Origin: Cirrosporium novae-zelandiae
Lineage: Eukaryota
Assembly (NCBI GenBank): GCA_026023565.1
Contig: JAPETS010000016.1
Span: 372,001 to 436,000, forward strand
Length of the DNA stretch: 64,000 nucleotides
Reading direction: 5' to 3'
The first letter of the stretch is position 1. Each line of letters opens with the position of its first letter. Below are positions 1-13,030 of this stretch, piece by piece. Below the pieces are notes generated by a model, which made no database searches, was not told the DNA's origin, and saw only the letters and a program-made list of their open reading frames with translations. A program made the translations under genes and the position numbers.

Positions 1-1969
1 TCTAGTTGTAAATTTTTGGGATTTCCGAGTAATAATGAACGTGAGGCACTATAAAAAATGGAGTCAGGACTCTGAGTTATGATGTAAATGGATAATGTGG
101 GAAAGCTAACAATCGACAACATAATATTGCCATGGCAAAAGAATACCAAATCCATGATTCGATGCTTAAAGGAACCATATTGGCTTGCTGTCGCCTGAAG
201 CGAATAATAACGAACAATGGAAAACGATTGAGGAATTAGTGAAAAAAAGAAGGTATAGGCCACAGGAACGGAGATAGGTGGACCCTAAGTATAAGCAGGG
301 ATTTATGACGGTACGACATCTTGTGTTGATGTACGCAATCAACCAGAACATGCGATCAATAAGCATAGGGGATCTCAGATAAAAAGCATCACCCTCAAAT
401 TCCGAACACCGCCCTAGGATATGCTTCCTTTTACAAACGTGGGCTACAGGGGGAAGTAAATACTACTGTGGAACTAGAGCAGCTCCGAGGTCTGTGAGCA
501 TGCACGAACCTCTCCGTTGATAGAAACTGTATCTGATAAGGCAGAGGGCAAGTTTTCAATAGCGCTGATAAAGTAGAGAAGGTGGAATGACAGCAAAGAT
601 ACCGACTATGAATCCCGGTTTCAAGTGGCGCGTTTTCGTGGATTCCGTCAAGTTTTCCCTATTCTAGAAGCTAAGCGCCCCGTCGAGGAAACCAAAGATG
701 TTAATACTGAGTTTATCGATTCTGGGGAAGTGTACCTTACGCTCGGTTTGTCGATCAATTATATTAAACTTGATATGCAAGTAATGACCTTGAGTTCAAG
801 TCTGGTGGGAAAGCTTAGACAAGTGCAAGACTGGGGATATTTTGCATTCACCATTATCCCAAGTTGTTGGATTCAACGCCCATACGACGATCGTCTCCGG
901 GTGGCAGAGCAGTCTAATGCCAAATGCCATGTGCAGTGAACGAAGCTTGAGAGGTTAAAATGGAAATTTGCAATGCGGGTGAGATCCCCCCACAAGGCTT
1001 AAAGTTAAAACAGACATTAATTATTCCTGCGAGGTGTTGACAGGCAGGGGCAGCGGGAATTCTTGTCCAAAGAGGAAATCCCGAGATTTCTCCGATATGC
1101 CACAGAGGGTTGATTGGCCAGAGATATAGAGTTCGCTTCGTCGCAAATGACCCTCTTCTTTTCTCATCCAAGCATGAAAAGCATGAAAAGCCGGAACAGA
1201 GGCGATGTTATTGTCCGGCGAAGTCTGTATTAAACCGGCTTCATGTCATCAATCTGAAAACTGGCATGTCCAGGGATGTATGTATTCCTGTTTGCAGGGC
1301 CGACGAATGAGAAGGGAATCCGCTATGGCCTCTGTATGTTAGGGGAATCACTAAAGGCTTTTTGGATCAGTGGAAAATGATGTAACCAATAAAATCACAG
1401 GGGAAGCTAATTCCTTCCAGGAAGCTCTTCGGCCCATCGTAGATAGGGGAATATCTTTAGCAACACGTGCAAGGATCCTTCGAAACCATCGAGAAGAACA
1501 TGGAAAACTTTGAGCAGGGCCGAATGAAGCTGGAATGGGATATGTTCAAAAAGTTAGGGATTCATTTATGATGAAAAGAGAGAAAAAATCCATAGTTTGG
1601 TTTTGTTCATGACGAAGTATTCCTGCTCGTACGCTAGCCATTCCTGCTATTCATAAAAGGAGATAATCAACCCATCACCTAGAGAAGAAAAGTGGTGTTC
1701 CTGCTCATATGCTAGTCATTTGTGCCAGGTCTCGCTGTCCTCGGTGTACTGGATGGGCTCTGTAGTGTTCTTTCATGATCAACATGATAGAGTCCATGAT
1801 ACCTAACGAGACTTTGTCCCTAAGCACAACAGTTCGTTGAGGTCATTGCAGGTGTTATCATAACCGGGGTTGAATAGATATAGGACCTTTGGGCCAAAAG
1901 GAGGACAAGGAATCTATTATGATTGTAGGTAAAAATAGTGATTGTCCGGTTGATAGTCCTTAATCTTCG

Positions 1970-2132
1970 CTCTGGGAAGTCTTCAAGCAAAATTAGTGTT
2001 CAATGAAAATCGATTTGAATTATAACCCGATTTTTCCTGAAGGCCTCTCTGAAATCTGAAAAGCAAAAAAAAAAATCTAATTAAAACCCGATTTAGAATA
2101 TACCTTGATTTGTTTAAAAGCCTCTTCAAGGT
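1970..2132. repeat. Dispersed inverted-repeat element (MITE-like), copy A
   Basis: Begins CTCTGGGAAGTCTTCAAGCAAAA and ends TTTGTTTAAAAGCCTCTTCAAGGT. Internal GAATTATAACCCGATTTT is shared with copy E (50268-50430). Confidence 0.7.
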
Positions 2133-2271
2133 GTAAGGTGTAGCTATATCTATATATCTAGGTACCCTTGGAAGTCCAAGAGCAAACCAGACAAACTCGG
2201 CGCCATACCACGTACATGAATCTTAATAGCTAGTCCACCATCACATACACAGTACCTATTACTATTAATAC

Positions 2272-4040
2272 ATGTCTACCAAGTAAATAATGTGGAATCG
2301 ACCAGACTAACTTCATCGATAGTAGTGATAATAATGGGCATTGTACCTACAAATATTTTGCACAAAGAAAGTATTCAACGGGGCCATCTGGAGCAACAGC
2401 AACCGGCAGCTTGGAAGGGATGTGATCAATGCCAACAAAAGCACACCAAGTGTTGCATCAAGGATGATAATGTTGCGTGCCAAACTTGTGTGGATTTCAT
2501 GCGACCAGAATGTACTATGGGGCCATTCGTGACCAAATCTGGAGATAACATGGGGACTCCCAAGGCAGATGTTGTGCCCATCCCCGAAGCAGCTTCAAAG
2601 AAACGTCCGCACCACGAATCAATCATTACCCAAGACATATTGAATTGGTATGTATTTCCCTATATTTCCTCTTGATTGTGGGTTGCGCAATCCCGCATGA
2701 TAGTTGAACCTGATTACATCTCTATTTGAGGCCCTTGATGCTAATTCATCATTAGCTGTTCGTTCAGCCTAGAAAAAAAACGGTTGTTCATCGGCTACCG
2801 GCATGATGGGGTGGAAATATGGTATCGATGCTGGGAGAGTCAACGACAGTCCATGGTCGTGGCACAGTCTACCTACTATTTTACCGAAACTGGTTTGGAG
2901 CGAGGAAACAGAAAGGATATTAATACTTGGGTTCCGGCTATCGAGAAGCTTCTCAATCGAATAAATACAAAGCTGGAATTCACCGAGAGAGAAAAACAGC
3001 AGAAAATGGCAATTATGCAAGTTTGGGCGATATTTATGAGGATTCATAACTTCGGTGATGAGTGTAGTTCTATACCTATCGAGGGGGTTGATGAAGCGTC
3101 TTGCTTCAAAAGGCCAAGAATCTCAAGCGTCCCGCAATCGAACTCGGAATCGGGATCAGAAGTAAATGGCGACGTGATTGATATGGAAGGGGATAGTGAC
3201 TTAAGTGAAGATGATGAACCTCTTGCAAACCGGTCTAAGATGCGTTTCGCAACCCAAAAAAACAGACAAGATGAGGTGGTTATGGATATTGTACGGAAAT
3301 GGCCAGAGATGCAAATGGTATTGTATCAAGGGGATTACAGCAGGGGCTATCTGACTGCGTTTTCGAAACTCTCTCAGCCTCAATTTAAACTAACTCCGAA
3401 GCAAGCCCTAATCGGGGCTACAAACCACTTGTGTGATCGACTTGAGGCGCCTCCTGCTAGAGGGCAGAGGAAGCTTAGGACTCTACAGCTCTGCGATTTC
3501 CATTGGGCTTGCGATAATATTCCTCTGCTCAGAGGCTTCGAGGAATCGCATACCCTAAATAGGCTTGTAGGTCATGGATTATCCATAGATTACGACGGTT
3601 TTGCCGTTGCGGAAGCCCTGGACACTTATAATAGTATCGACGGATTTGAAAAGCGAAGCTTCAGGTCACCAAGAAACGGAACAAATGAAAGGTCTTCTTC
3701 GGCAATTGCTGCAGAAACCTATGAGGAGTACAGGCCATCAAAATCTCGAAGAGAGCATCATCTCAAAGATTTTAAGCGCAGTTCCAAGTCGTTACGCCGC
3801 TTATCCAGTGAGACCAAGCCAGAATCCAATGACGACGAGCTCAAGGCTCTGCAGAACATCCATCTCGCCCTTGCAAAGGGTGTTTTAAAAGATGCTCAGA
3901 TGCTGGGCCCGGATGGGGAGGCTCTGAAGGATCTACTAGTTGACAACCTCGAGCGGCTGGAACGGCGGGGGCAGACAAGATTCGCAGCGGAGTTTGAGAA
4001 CGAATTGAGTCGGATGGCTAAGGATTTAAATAATCAATGA
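2272..4040 (+). CDS. Hypothetical protein with N-terminal Zn(II)2Cys6-like motif (about 3 exons)
   Basis: ATG at 2272, a short intron, then an exon encoding CDQCQQKHTKC-x8-CQTC-x7-C. GTATGT donor at about 2648, then the long ORF 2784-4040. Exon boundaries are approximate. Confidence 0.6.
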
Positions 4041-4583
4041 TGGTCTCATTAAGGCCCAAGGCTCATAAGCAGCATAATTGAGATAGTGGTGGACATATTA
4101 TCATTTGCATTGAGGAGACTCTTAAAGCTAAATGGATTCTATTAAGTTCTTGTATATATATAGCATACATATCAAAAATATCATGATGTATTTTCACTAT
4201 ACTTATACCAATTGATTTTTATATTTATAGCAATATTTCACCAAGGTAGCAACATCATTTATTCAAGTGGGTGCTCAATCCGAGTCTTATATTGACCCAG
4301 TTTGACAACGACGAAGATAAGACTAGTCAAAAAAAGTAAAATGGGATGTCATTCAAAAATATTGCTCACAAGCTAAATGGGTCGTAGCGTATATCGGGAG
4401 TGAAGAGAATATTTCTTTCCAATTGTTGCGTGTTCCAAGGGTTCCCAGGAAGAACCATCCAAACTTTTCCCCCAAATCCGAAAAAAAAACCAAAAAAGGA
4501 GAGAAAAAAGCTGGAGCTGGTCATGAAGGGGAAATAAAAGCGATACATGATGGACTAAAACAGGACAAGGGTTAAGAAAAATG

Positions 4584-5658
4584 TCAAGCTCCATCTTCTG
4601 AGCCATCCAATTTTGCGGCTGTGTCTGCGACCTCTCCGGCAACATCTGCCTTGTCCTCAACCTCAGAATTTCCATTCTGTAAGCCCTGTTCTTGGATCCA
4701 CTCATTCACGACATCTACTGTCCGTTGTGGCCCACCTTTTTCAAATTTGGCCACTTTCGCTTTCCCCGTGTCGCCCTCTACTTTCTCTAGCAAAATAACA
4801 CCGCGTATAGTACCCCTTGGAGCCTTCTTGAAGCCCAAAGGCGTGATGAGAGATGACGAAGGGTCGCAGAGAAGATCGTAGGGGAGACTCTGCTTGGTTT
4901 TGAATGTAGTGTTTGCCTTAGGGGGATCGAGAGATAGGCCATAGATGGAAAGTGAGATAGGAGGCGCAGAGAAGGTTGGGTGGGCGACGCCAAATAATTT
5001 TACCTGGTTTGTGCCTGTGTAGAGGAATTGTGATTAGTTCACTTCGCACGTGAAAGATGATAGATGGTGATTGGGGATAAACATTGGATATGCTGAGGAA
5101 AAATAGACACGAGTAGACAGAAACAAGCTCCGCGTAGAGCTTTTGATTGGAATTAAAAGAATTGGGGGGATTTGATGGCTAGAGTAAAGGCGATGAAGCA
5201 GGGAAGCAACACCACCAGAAGTGTCCACGGGGAGCAACACGAGGATAGATTGTATATGTTCCAATGGTTGATGGAATAGTAGATCTCAACCTACATCCAG
5301 GGGTTGAAGCTTTCGGATAGGTAAAGATAACCACGCCCGCTGTACTATCTTCTACCAATTGTTTTAATGTGGTCTTGGCCCCATCCTGCGTTTGAACTTC
5401 TCCATCAAAATCATCTAGATTAATGGTTTCGCCTATGGCTGGCACATCAGGCGCGACTGCTTTGGGTGCTTTAGTTGCTTTGGCAGTGACAGCGGGAGCA
5501 GGTTTGCTGGTAGAGGTGGATTTTTTGGGGTTGGATTTAGTATTAGAGATTGCTGTCTTGGCCTTTGCGACAACCTTTTTGGCCGGATTGGACTTCTTTT
5601 TAGCTGGCGGTGGTGGGGCCGGTTCGGCGCGAGCCTTGCGCTTTCGTAGTTCAACCAT
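4584..5658 (-). CDS. DOT5: Peroxiredoxin Q/BCP, Dot5-like nuclear thiol peroxidase (2 exons)
   Basis: Lys/Ala-rich N-terminus and VVIFTYPKASTPGC motif. Intron 5294-5015. Exon 2 reads TNQVKLF...IYGLSLDPPKANTTFKTKQSLPYDLLCDP...GFKKAPRGTIRGV. Confidence 0.88.
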
Positions 5659-6018
5659 ATTTGGTTTTAATATAATAATTAATTATTCGATGGATGGTAG
5701 AACGAATCGCGAAGCTTTACCTGCCGTTTCGTACAATTATAATGTAATCAAAGCACTGATAGAGCGAAGAGGAAAGGGGTTGGGTGGGGGGAGAAGAATG
5801 AGTTTACAGCTCAAGATTCGGGGGGTAAGAAGAGAAAGAGTGGGAGGAAGGAAAATGAGAAAAGAGAACAGCTCTGGGAGTTTATGGTCGAGTTTAAGTA
5901 GTTTGAGCAATCTCCACCCTGGGTTAAGAAAAAAAAGAATCAGGGGATTGGGACATGATAGTACTTGATGCTGTGTCAGCGTGTTGCATCGTTGGTCGGT
6001 TAGATATTGGCGGTTGCT

Positions 6019-6053
6019 TGCTCAGTGCTCAGTGCTCAATGCTCAATGCTCAG
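6019..6053 (+). repeat. 7-bp tandem repeat (TGCTCAR)x5, followed by a G-run at about 6062-6073
   Basis: Read directly in the DOT5/UPS2 divergent intergenic region. Confidence 0.8.
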
Positions 6054-6919
6054 TAGTCTTTGGGGGGGGGGGGTCTTTAGGGTCCTTGGGGTCAGTTTCT
6101 CTTTTCCTTCCTTGAACTGACCCTTCCCCTTCCCTTGTAGCTACGCCAAGGTAATCCAATGTTAGGACTAATTAATCGGTTAAGCACGAGAATTCTTCTG
6201 CAAAAGATAACAAACCTTGCCAACTTGCCAACCACAACTAAAAATTACATACATGTAGATATACGGAACACGGCTGAGGTCACCTGGAATAAATTCTCTC
6301 TTATGAAGGAAAAGGAATAACTATTTTCCGGTGCTGAGTCATAACTCAATAAGCTATGATGTAATTCATCCAAGGTGTCATGTCCAGCACCCGATCAATC
6401 CCGAAACATAAAAATAAGCCTAACCAGGAATGGTAATTTAAATGATAGCATTTAATAATATTTGCGGTAATAATCAGGGTTTATGCCCTTATGAAATCTG
6501 GCGGCCGAGGGGAAACCGGGGAGCTGAGGCTTATCCAATGTCATTGAGGGCGAAATTTGTTTGGTTCAATCTGATCGCCGGGCTCGCCGCCAAAAATCTA
6601 GAATTTCCGATTTCGCGCAGTCTTTGCTCTGACTTCTTTCTCCGCGTTATCCACTTTTTTCTTCTTCTTAGCTCCTTTTTCATCGTTATCCTTTCCTATT
6701 TACCGCCTCGCCTCTTCGTCTCTCCCACCAGACTGTCTTTTCTGGAGCATATCAACACATCGCTGTCCTCGGTTTCGAGTTTCACTGTGTTTATCAAGTC
6801 CGGCGTTAATAGAGTCCAATCTTTCCAAACCTCCACTCCAAATAATTTATCCTGTCAAACACCTAACCTCATATCCCGCTAATATCCGCAAATTTTTTGT
6901 GTGATATCACTCACTCATC

Positions 6920-7571
6920 ATGAAGGTCTTTTCCTCCGATTGCGAGTTTGACTACTCGTGGGATGAAGTCTCCACCGCCAACTGGCGCAAATACTGTCCT
7001 TGGAACTCCAAATCGACACATGTCATTGGTGTTGACACAATATCACGATCTGTTGATCCATCAACTGGCATCGTGAGTACCCCACGTGCCCTTTTCCCAT
7101 ATTTAATATTAGGTTCAAAAAACTAACAACTACCTTTGTTAGCTGCGCACTGAACGACTAATAACCTGCAATCAATCTGTCCCACAATGGGTTCTTTCGC
7201 TTTTCGGTGGCAACAACACCTCACACGTCTACGAGGTTTCCTACGTCTCGCCTGCCACTAAAACCGTAACCATGGTATCTACCAACTTGACCTGGTCCAA
7301 TGTCCTTTCGGTCCTTGAAACTGTTGTCTATAGTCCCTCCAAAACCAATCCGCGAAACAAGACCGAGTTCAAACAACATGCTGAAATCACTGCATTATGT
7401 GGTGGCTGGAGGAAAATCAAGGACAAGGTTGAGGAAGCTAGTGTAGTGAGGTTTGGGGAGAATGCAAAGAAGGGTCGAGAGGGCTTTGAAGCCGTGCTAG
7501 AAATGAGCAGACGGGTCTTCGGAGAGGAAAGGGAGCGGGAGAAGATGGAGATTCCCCAGAGAATGGTCTAA
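6920..7571 (+). CDS. UPS2: PRELI/MSF1-domain mitochondrial lipid-transfer protein (2 exons)
   Basis: MKVFSSDCEFDYSWDEVSTANWRKYCPWN...LRTERLITC...STNLTWSNVLSV...ENAKKGREGFEAVL. Intron 7073-7142. Confidence 0.88.
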
Positions 7572-7922
7572 TTCCTACATTCATCTTTGGAATCGTATCC
7601 ATTAAATCCTCCTTACGTTATATCTCGAGGGATGTAATTGATTAGAAGAAGAGAGAAGCGGGAATGACGCAGCGTCTTTCCCTGCTTCAGTTACAGGGTT
7701 TGCCCCCATTCCAGCGGCATATAGAGCATGGTGTACTGGCGTCCCTCAAAATATCCCATTGGCGAAAAAAATACTTGCGAGCATTCTTACTCTCACTCGG
7801 CGTTTTCAAAGACAGGTTGACACAAGCTTTACGGATTCATGTGGTATGTGTAAAGAAAGAGCAAAAAGAATTAAACGAAGGACCACCCAAGGGTGGAATC
7901 GGAAGTGACGCTATAGTGTGCA

Positions 7923-8014
7923 TCTTACGGAGGTCTTGAAGCAAAATGGGGTTATAATTTATATTTATATGGATTTTCATTGAAAGCTGGTTTTGTTTGA
8001 AGACCTCCCTAAGA
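7923..8014. repeat. Dispersed inverted-repeat element, copy B (short hairpin form)
   Basis: TCTTACGGAGGTCTTGAAGCAAAA ... TTTTGTTTGAAGACCTCCCTAAGA, with an AT-rich spacer. Confidence 0.75.
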
Positions 8015-8937
8015 CTTCTATCATAGACGAAGGATTATCATTGAGCAGAGCGTATTTCTCTCTCTCTGCCTTTGATATCAGTACCAATATCAAAGAAGAT
8101 AATTTTGGTTGTAAGGGAATAGACTAGAAATTAAATTTATGTGTTAACGCATTATATACTACTTGAAACCTGCTAGCATCTCTCCTATACACTAGGTGGG
8201 GTCTGAAACATATAACCAAAAAGAAATTCCGTCCATCTACCTCACTAGAAATAAGAAGGTACTCACTTGGAGAATAGCTGTAGTGCCTGTGATGCTTGTA
8301 ATGTACCAAACAGTGTTCGCCAAGAGAACGTGCTGTCTTTAAGAATGATGATTGGACTAGCCGAAGCCTCCACCAGTTTACATCCAACAACCATAAAACG
8401 ACCAAGTTCTGTTCCTAAAGATGGTTGGAATCATGGAGATGCAAAAAGTCGATTTGTCACAGGTTATAACAATACCAGGTTTTAGACGGATATTCTGAAG
8501 ATATCAAATATATTGGTCAAGTTGGTTCAAAGCGTAAAAGATTTGTTGGTATGACAATACGATATTTGTATCTTGACATTAACTTATTTAAAGGTACCTC
8601 TTAACAGGATAGGATATCGCCTCGAAGACAATAGATGTCTAGACTATCTGGTGCTTTTTATTAGCCCTTTGAGTTGCTGTTCCTTCACACCTCTCATCCG
8701 AACTTGACGTTCCCTTTTATCCTTAAGTTTGCGCACGGTCGACCCTAGTGGGCTCATAAGCTTATGGGAATAGAATTCATATCATCCGTGTACATCTCAC
8801 ATGCATCCCACTCTGAGAATCTAACCCTTGGTTTGGGTCATTCTTATATCGCTCTGTTACCTTCGACCTCTTCTCATCTCCTCCAGAGAACCCCCCAGGG
8901 CTTCTCTGGGGTCTTTGTTCTCTTATAATTCTTCAAT

Positions 8938-11900
8938 ATGTACGTCGCCTTTCTACCTACTGCCGTCTGCGTCGCTCGCTTTGAATGTCAACCGCCCAAA
9001 GTAGAGAGCTAGTTCGACGTCGAGATAGCGTAATTGATGCCCCAAGTCCAGGAAGTTCGGAAAACAACTTCAGAGACGCCAGCTCGACATACCTGAATAT
9101 GCCGCCAGCTTCGTCAATTACAAATCGCTGAAGAAGGTTTGTCATAGCTCTTTTATCCTTTAGTATGCTGATGTACTAATAACTTACAGCTTATTAAACA
9201 CTTGAGCGCAACTCCTACCATAGTTCCAAATGAAATCGCTACTCATGATACGCTTGATCCCCAAGCTGCTTTACAAGCCAACAAGGCTACTTTCTTCTTC
9301 AGATTGGTCAGCAGTTAAAGCAACCCAGGTTCATCTCCAAACATGTTAACCAGCAGCAGGAACGAGAACTGGAGAAAGTAAATATTTTCTATTTAGAAAA
9401 GGAAGCTGAGGTTTGACTTCTCTATTACATGTCAAGATATTGGAGATACTGAGCTTATGTTACGTAGCTGAAACTTCGACTCAAAACCTTGCTTGACAAG
9501 AAGAAATTAATGGAATCTCGACTTATTTCAACAACCAAGACATCGTCCAATTTTCTGACACTCGAGGAAGGGTTCCAACAATTCAACAGCGACCTCAGCA
9601 AACTTCAGGTAGGTCTTTTTGATACCTAAAAGGACTTGTAATCTTATGGAGAATAGCAATTTGTCGAAGTCAACGCTACGGCATTTTCAAAGATTCTGAA
9701 AAAGGTTGGATTCTCGTTGCCCCTTCGGCTCGTACCCTAAATACTAATAACTTGTAGTGGGATAAAACATCAAAGGTTGAATTGCTTTAGTTTTTAGTCG
9801 GTTGGCATTGACTGACATCAGAGCTAGTCACGTACCAAGGAGCTTTATTTATCTCGTGCGGTCGAGGTGCAACCGTGTTTCAACCGGGATGTCATCCGCG
9901 ACCTCTCCGATCAAGCAACTACATGTCAGCTTGAGCTCACTGCATGGGCTGAAGGAGAGAAGATTCAATACGATACTGTAAAAACAGAACATATTATTGG
10001 CCAAACAATCAGTACAGAAGAGAACGATACGGACTCGCAAATCTTACAGGCCGCCAACACTGGGAATTTTACCGCGCTTCATGAATGGGTTGCAAGGTTA
10101 CGAGGTTTTTCTGATGCGCAAGATCGGTTTACTCGAGCCTTTCTTTCGGCTATTGGAGAATCTCCTGATGAGGCATTACAAATCATTCTAGACACAGGAC
10201 TTGTGGATCTTCATGCCGAGGATGAAATTAATGAGCGAAATTGTCTACATGAGGCTGCCATATCAGGGAGGTATATCGTTCTTGAAGCTGCCATAAGAGG
10301 AGGAGTTGACGTTTCACGAGTGGACGTCTATGGAAGGATACCCCTTCACTATGCTTGCATGCATGATCGAGTCGATATGGTAGAAGCGCTAGTCGGAGCA
10401 GGAAGTGCAACAATTGACATGATAGACCATGATCACTTTACGCCGTTAATACATTCAATCATCCATCATTGCTTTGATTGTGCGGAACATCTCCTAGACC
10501 ATCATGCTCGCATTGACCCTAGAAGTGATTCCGATCACGTCCCATTGAACCTTGCCTGTCAATATGGTTCTCTGGACATTGCTCGCCTCTTCCTCCAGCG
10601 TCAAGCACGCATTCTTCCGGATGCAGAAGGCTTATACCCGCAACATCTTGTTGCACGTTCAGGGCAAGTTCCCGAATTACTTTTAATCCTACAAGATTTT
10701 GGTGCAGACCTTGATCAGAGGGACAAGTTATATCAGTGGACACCACTTTTCCATGCTGCAAGCGAGGGTCGTGTCGAGTGCCTCCAAGCTCTTCTTAACT
10801 GTGGTGTGAAAGTTGACATACTTGACGAGAAAGAGCTTTCAGCTGTATATTATGCTGCCTGGGAGGGCCATCTGGAATGCATGAAACTCTTGAGTAATGT
10901 CAGCGAGGCAGCACGACTTGCTCGGCCTTTATTACCAGCACATCAGGCTGCCACGGCTACCCCATTGATAGGCGGCATTTTAGCAAATAGGACTCCAGAA
11001 CCGATGGTCACAGATGTAGATGGGATTCCAGATCTCTCTCTACCACCTCCAATAATCCCATTAAGGCGATATGGACACAACTTTCTCGACAAGAAAACAT
11101 TTATTCAGATGTCCTTTGAGGACACCGGTAATGACGCCATCAATTTCTACCATGATAGCAAATATCCAGCGGCCCGTCTAACAATTTCGTCGAAGCTCTC
11201 CGACTTGATTCCTCGCAATATCATGTTACCGATTCAAGAAGACTTTAAAATTATATCTTTCCAAGTAGACAATCTAGATGCCTTTACTGTTGACTTTGAG
11301 ATCTTCCCAACCTTCGGGTCAAAGGTCATCGCAAAGACCGTTGCCTTGCCGGTTCTCTTTCGGGCCGTTGCAAGCAGCACCGGACATTCCTGCTTACCCC
11401 TATTTGACCCTCGACTACGCCCTATCGGCCAAATAAGCTTTAGCCATCAGGTTATCAAGCCATTTTATGGGATTCCCCTAGAAATAACTCATTTTGCCAC
11501 CTACTGGAAGGCCACCAATCCTTTAGATTCGGAGCATAATACATTGGTCACTGGCTCCAGTTTATCAGGGGAATACGTTCAAATCTTCATTCAGGTAACA
11601 AAAGATGAAGTCCCAGTCCTTTATCCGAAATGGGCTATTCCTCATCATGGACTCGAAATTCCTGTCGGGCAATTGACATATCAGGAGTTCCAAACTCTCG
11701 GACAGCAAAGGACGCAAACTTCAAAAACACTAGCCCAACTTTCCCATTGTACTAGTAATGACATCGCTGACATACACCAAACACTCCTCTATTCTTTTCT
11801 CTCTCTACAAGAAGTCCTTGCTGCTCTACCATCTGATATTCACATCGACCTCACTGTCTTATTTCCCAACCCCAAGGAAGAACAGGAATGGGGGCTTGGT

Positions 11901-12520
11901 CCTACTCTGAACGTTAATAACTTTGCGGACGCAATTCTGAAAGACGTGTTTGAGCATGCAAGAACCTCCAAGGTCAAGCACTCTGACTTTCTACGATCAA
12001 TTGTGTTTAGTTCGTATAATCCAGATATATGTATAGCATTGAACTGGAAGCAGCCTAATTGTGAGACCACTGCCACATGTTCACGGTGTCCCTGTGCTAA
12101 TGGTTAGCTAGATCCTGTTCTCTTATGCAACGACTTAGGTTCAAAACGCGACATCCCACATGGTGAAAGTGCCATGTCGGCGAGCAGTGGCCGTGGAGAT
12201 ATGTCTGTCAAGGAGGCAGTGCGGATAGCACAGAGCAATAATTTCATGGGATTGATATGTTGTTCGCACCTTTTGGTTTGTTGCTCTCAAAAACCAGTTC
12301 TGAAGGAATACTTGTTAACAAACAATAGGACATGATCCCTGCTTTGGTAGAATCTGTCAAAGTGGCAGGTCTAGTACTGGTGATGGATACATCGGATAAT
12401 ACCGGGCTAGTAGCCACAAATGGGCATGGGGCTGGCAGGTCATATCAAATGCTTCAGGGGATTGATGGTATGTTGGGGGCAAATGGGGTCTTAAGATTTA
12501 ATGAGACGATTGATATGTGA
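8938..12520 (+). CDS. PHO81: SPX + ankyrin + GDPD-like CDK inhibitor Pho81/NUC-2 (multi-exon)
   Basis: Spliced N-terminus MKFGKQLQRRQLDIPEYAASFVNYKSLKK (SPX domain). Ankyrin repeats in ORF 9867-12107, PPPIIPLRRYGHNFLD, and a degenerate GDPD ending GVLRFNETIDM. Confidence 0.88.
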
Positions 12521-13030
12521 TGACGACGATGATGATATGACCTCATAGATTCAGGTACGGACTGGATTGGATTAGAGGGAGGGAAAAAAATACGGGCCAA
12601 TGTTGGAGTAGAAAATACGTTACTTGGATTTTGAGACTGTGTACACACACAAGTATTTCAGTAGACTAGTCTAATTAAAATATGGCACTACAGGTATTTA
12701 TGAAGGCGGGATCATCACCTTCTGTGGCTTGAACTTGTGGCTGTGATTGGATCTGTCTGGGGTAACAGTGACATCATCTGTTGTCCTTCACGTCACTCAT
12801 TCGTCAAATTACTCCAGTCTCTCTCTTTGCACGCCCACGACGCCTTCACTTGCACATTCACTTGCATCATTCACTTGTGTCGTCTCCCCTTTAAGAAGAC
12901 TTGATTTCCCCAATAGTTAGTAACTAAATTCTCTTCTTCCCCTTCATTAACTTTCCCTCAGTTCTTCAAAACCCTTTTAGCTCAGTTACTATTAAAATCC
13001 ATCTTACCTCGCTCAACCTACTAATCAACC

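Noticed and set aside
1..1570. Possible multi-exon gene on the + strand (exon-like 577-745, 1110-1277 and 1421-1513 with splice-like signals)
   Set aside because: I could not assemble a consistent reading frame or recognise any homology. It needs RNA-seq or upstream sequence.
5423..5968. 181-aa hydrophobic ORF on the + strand
   Set aside because: Antisense shadow of the Lys/Ala-rich DOT5 N-terminus and its 5' UTR.
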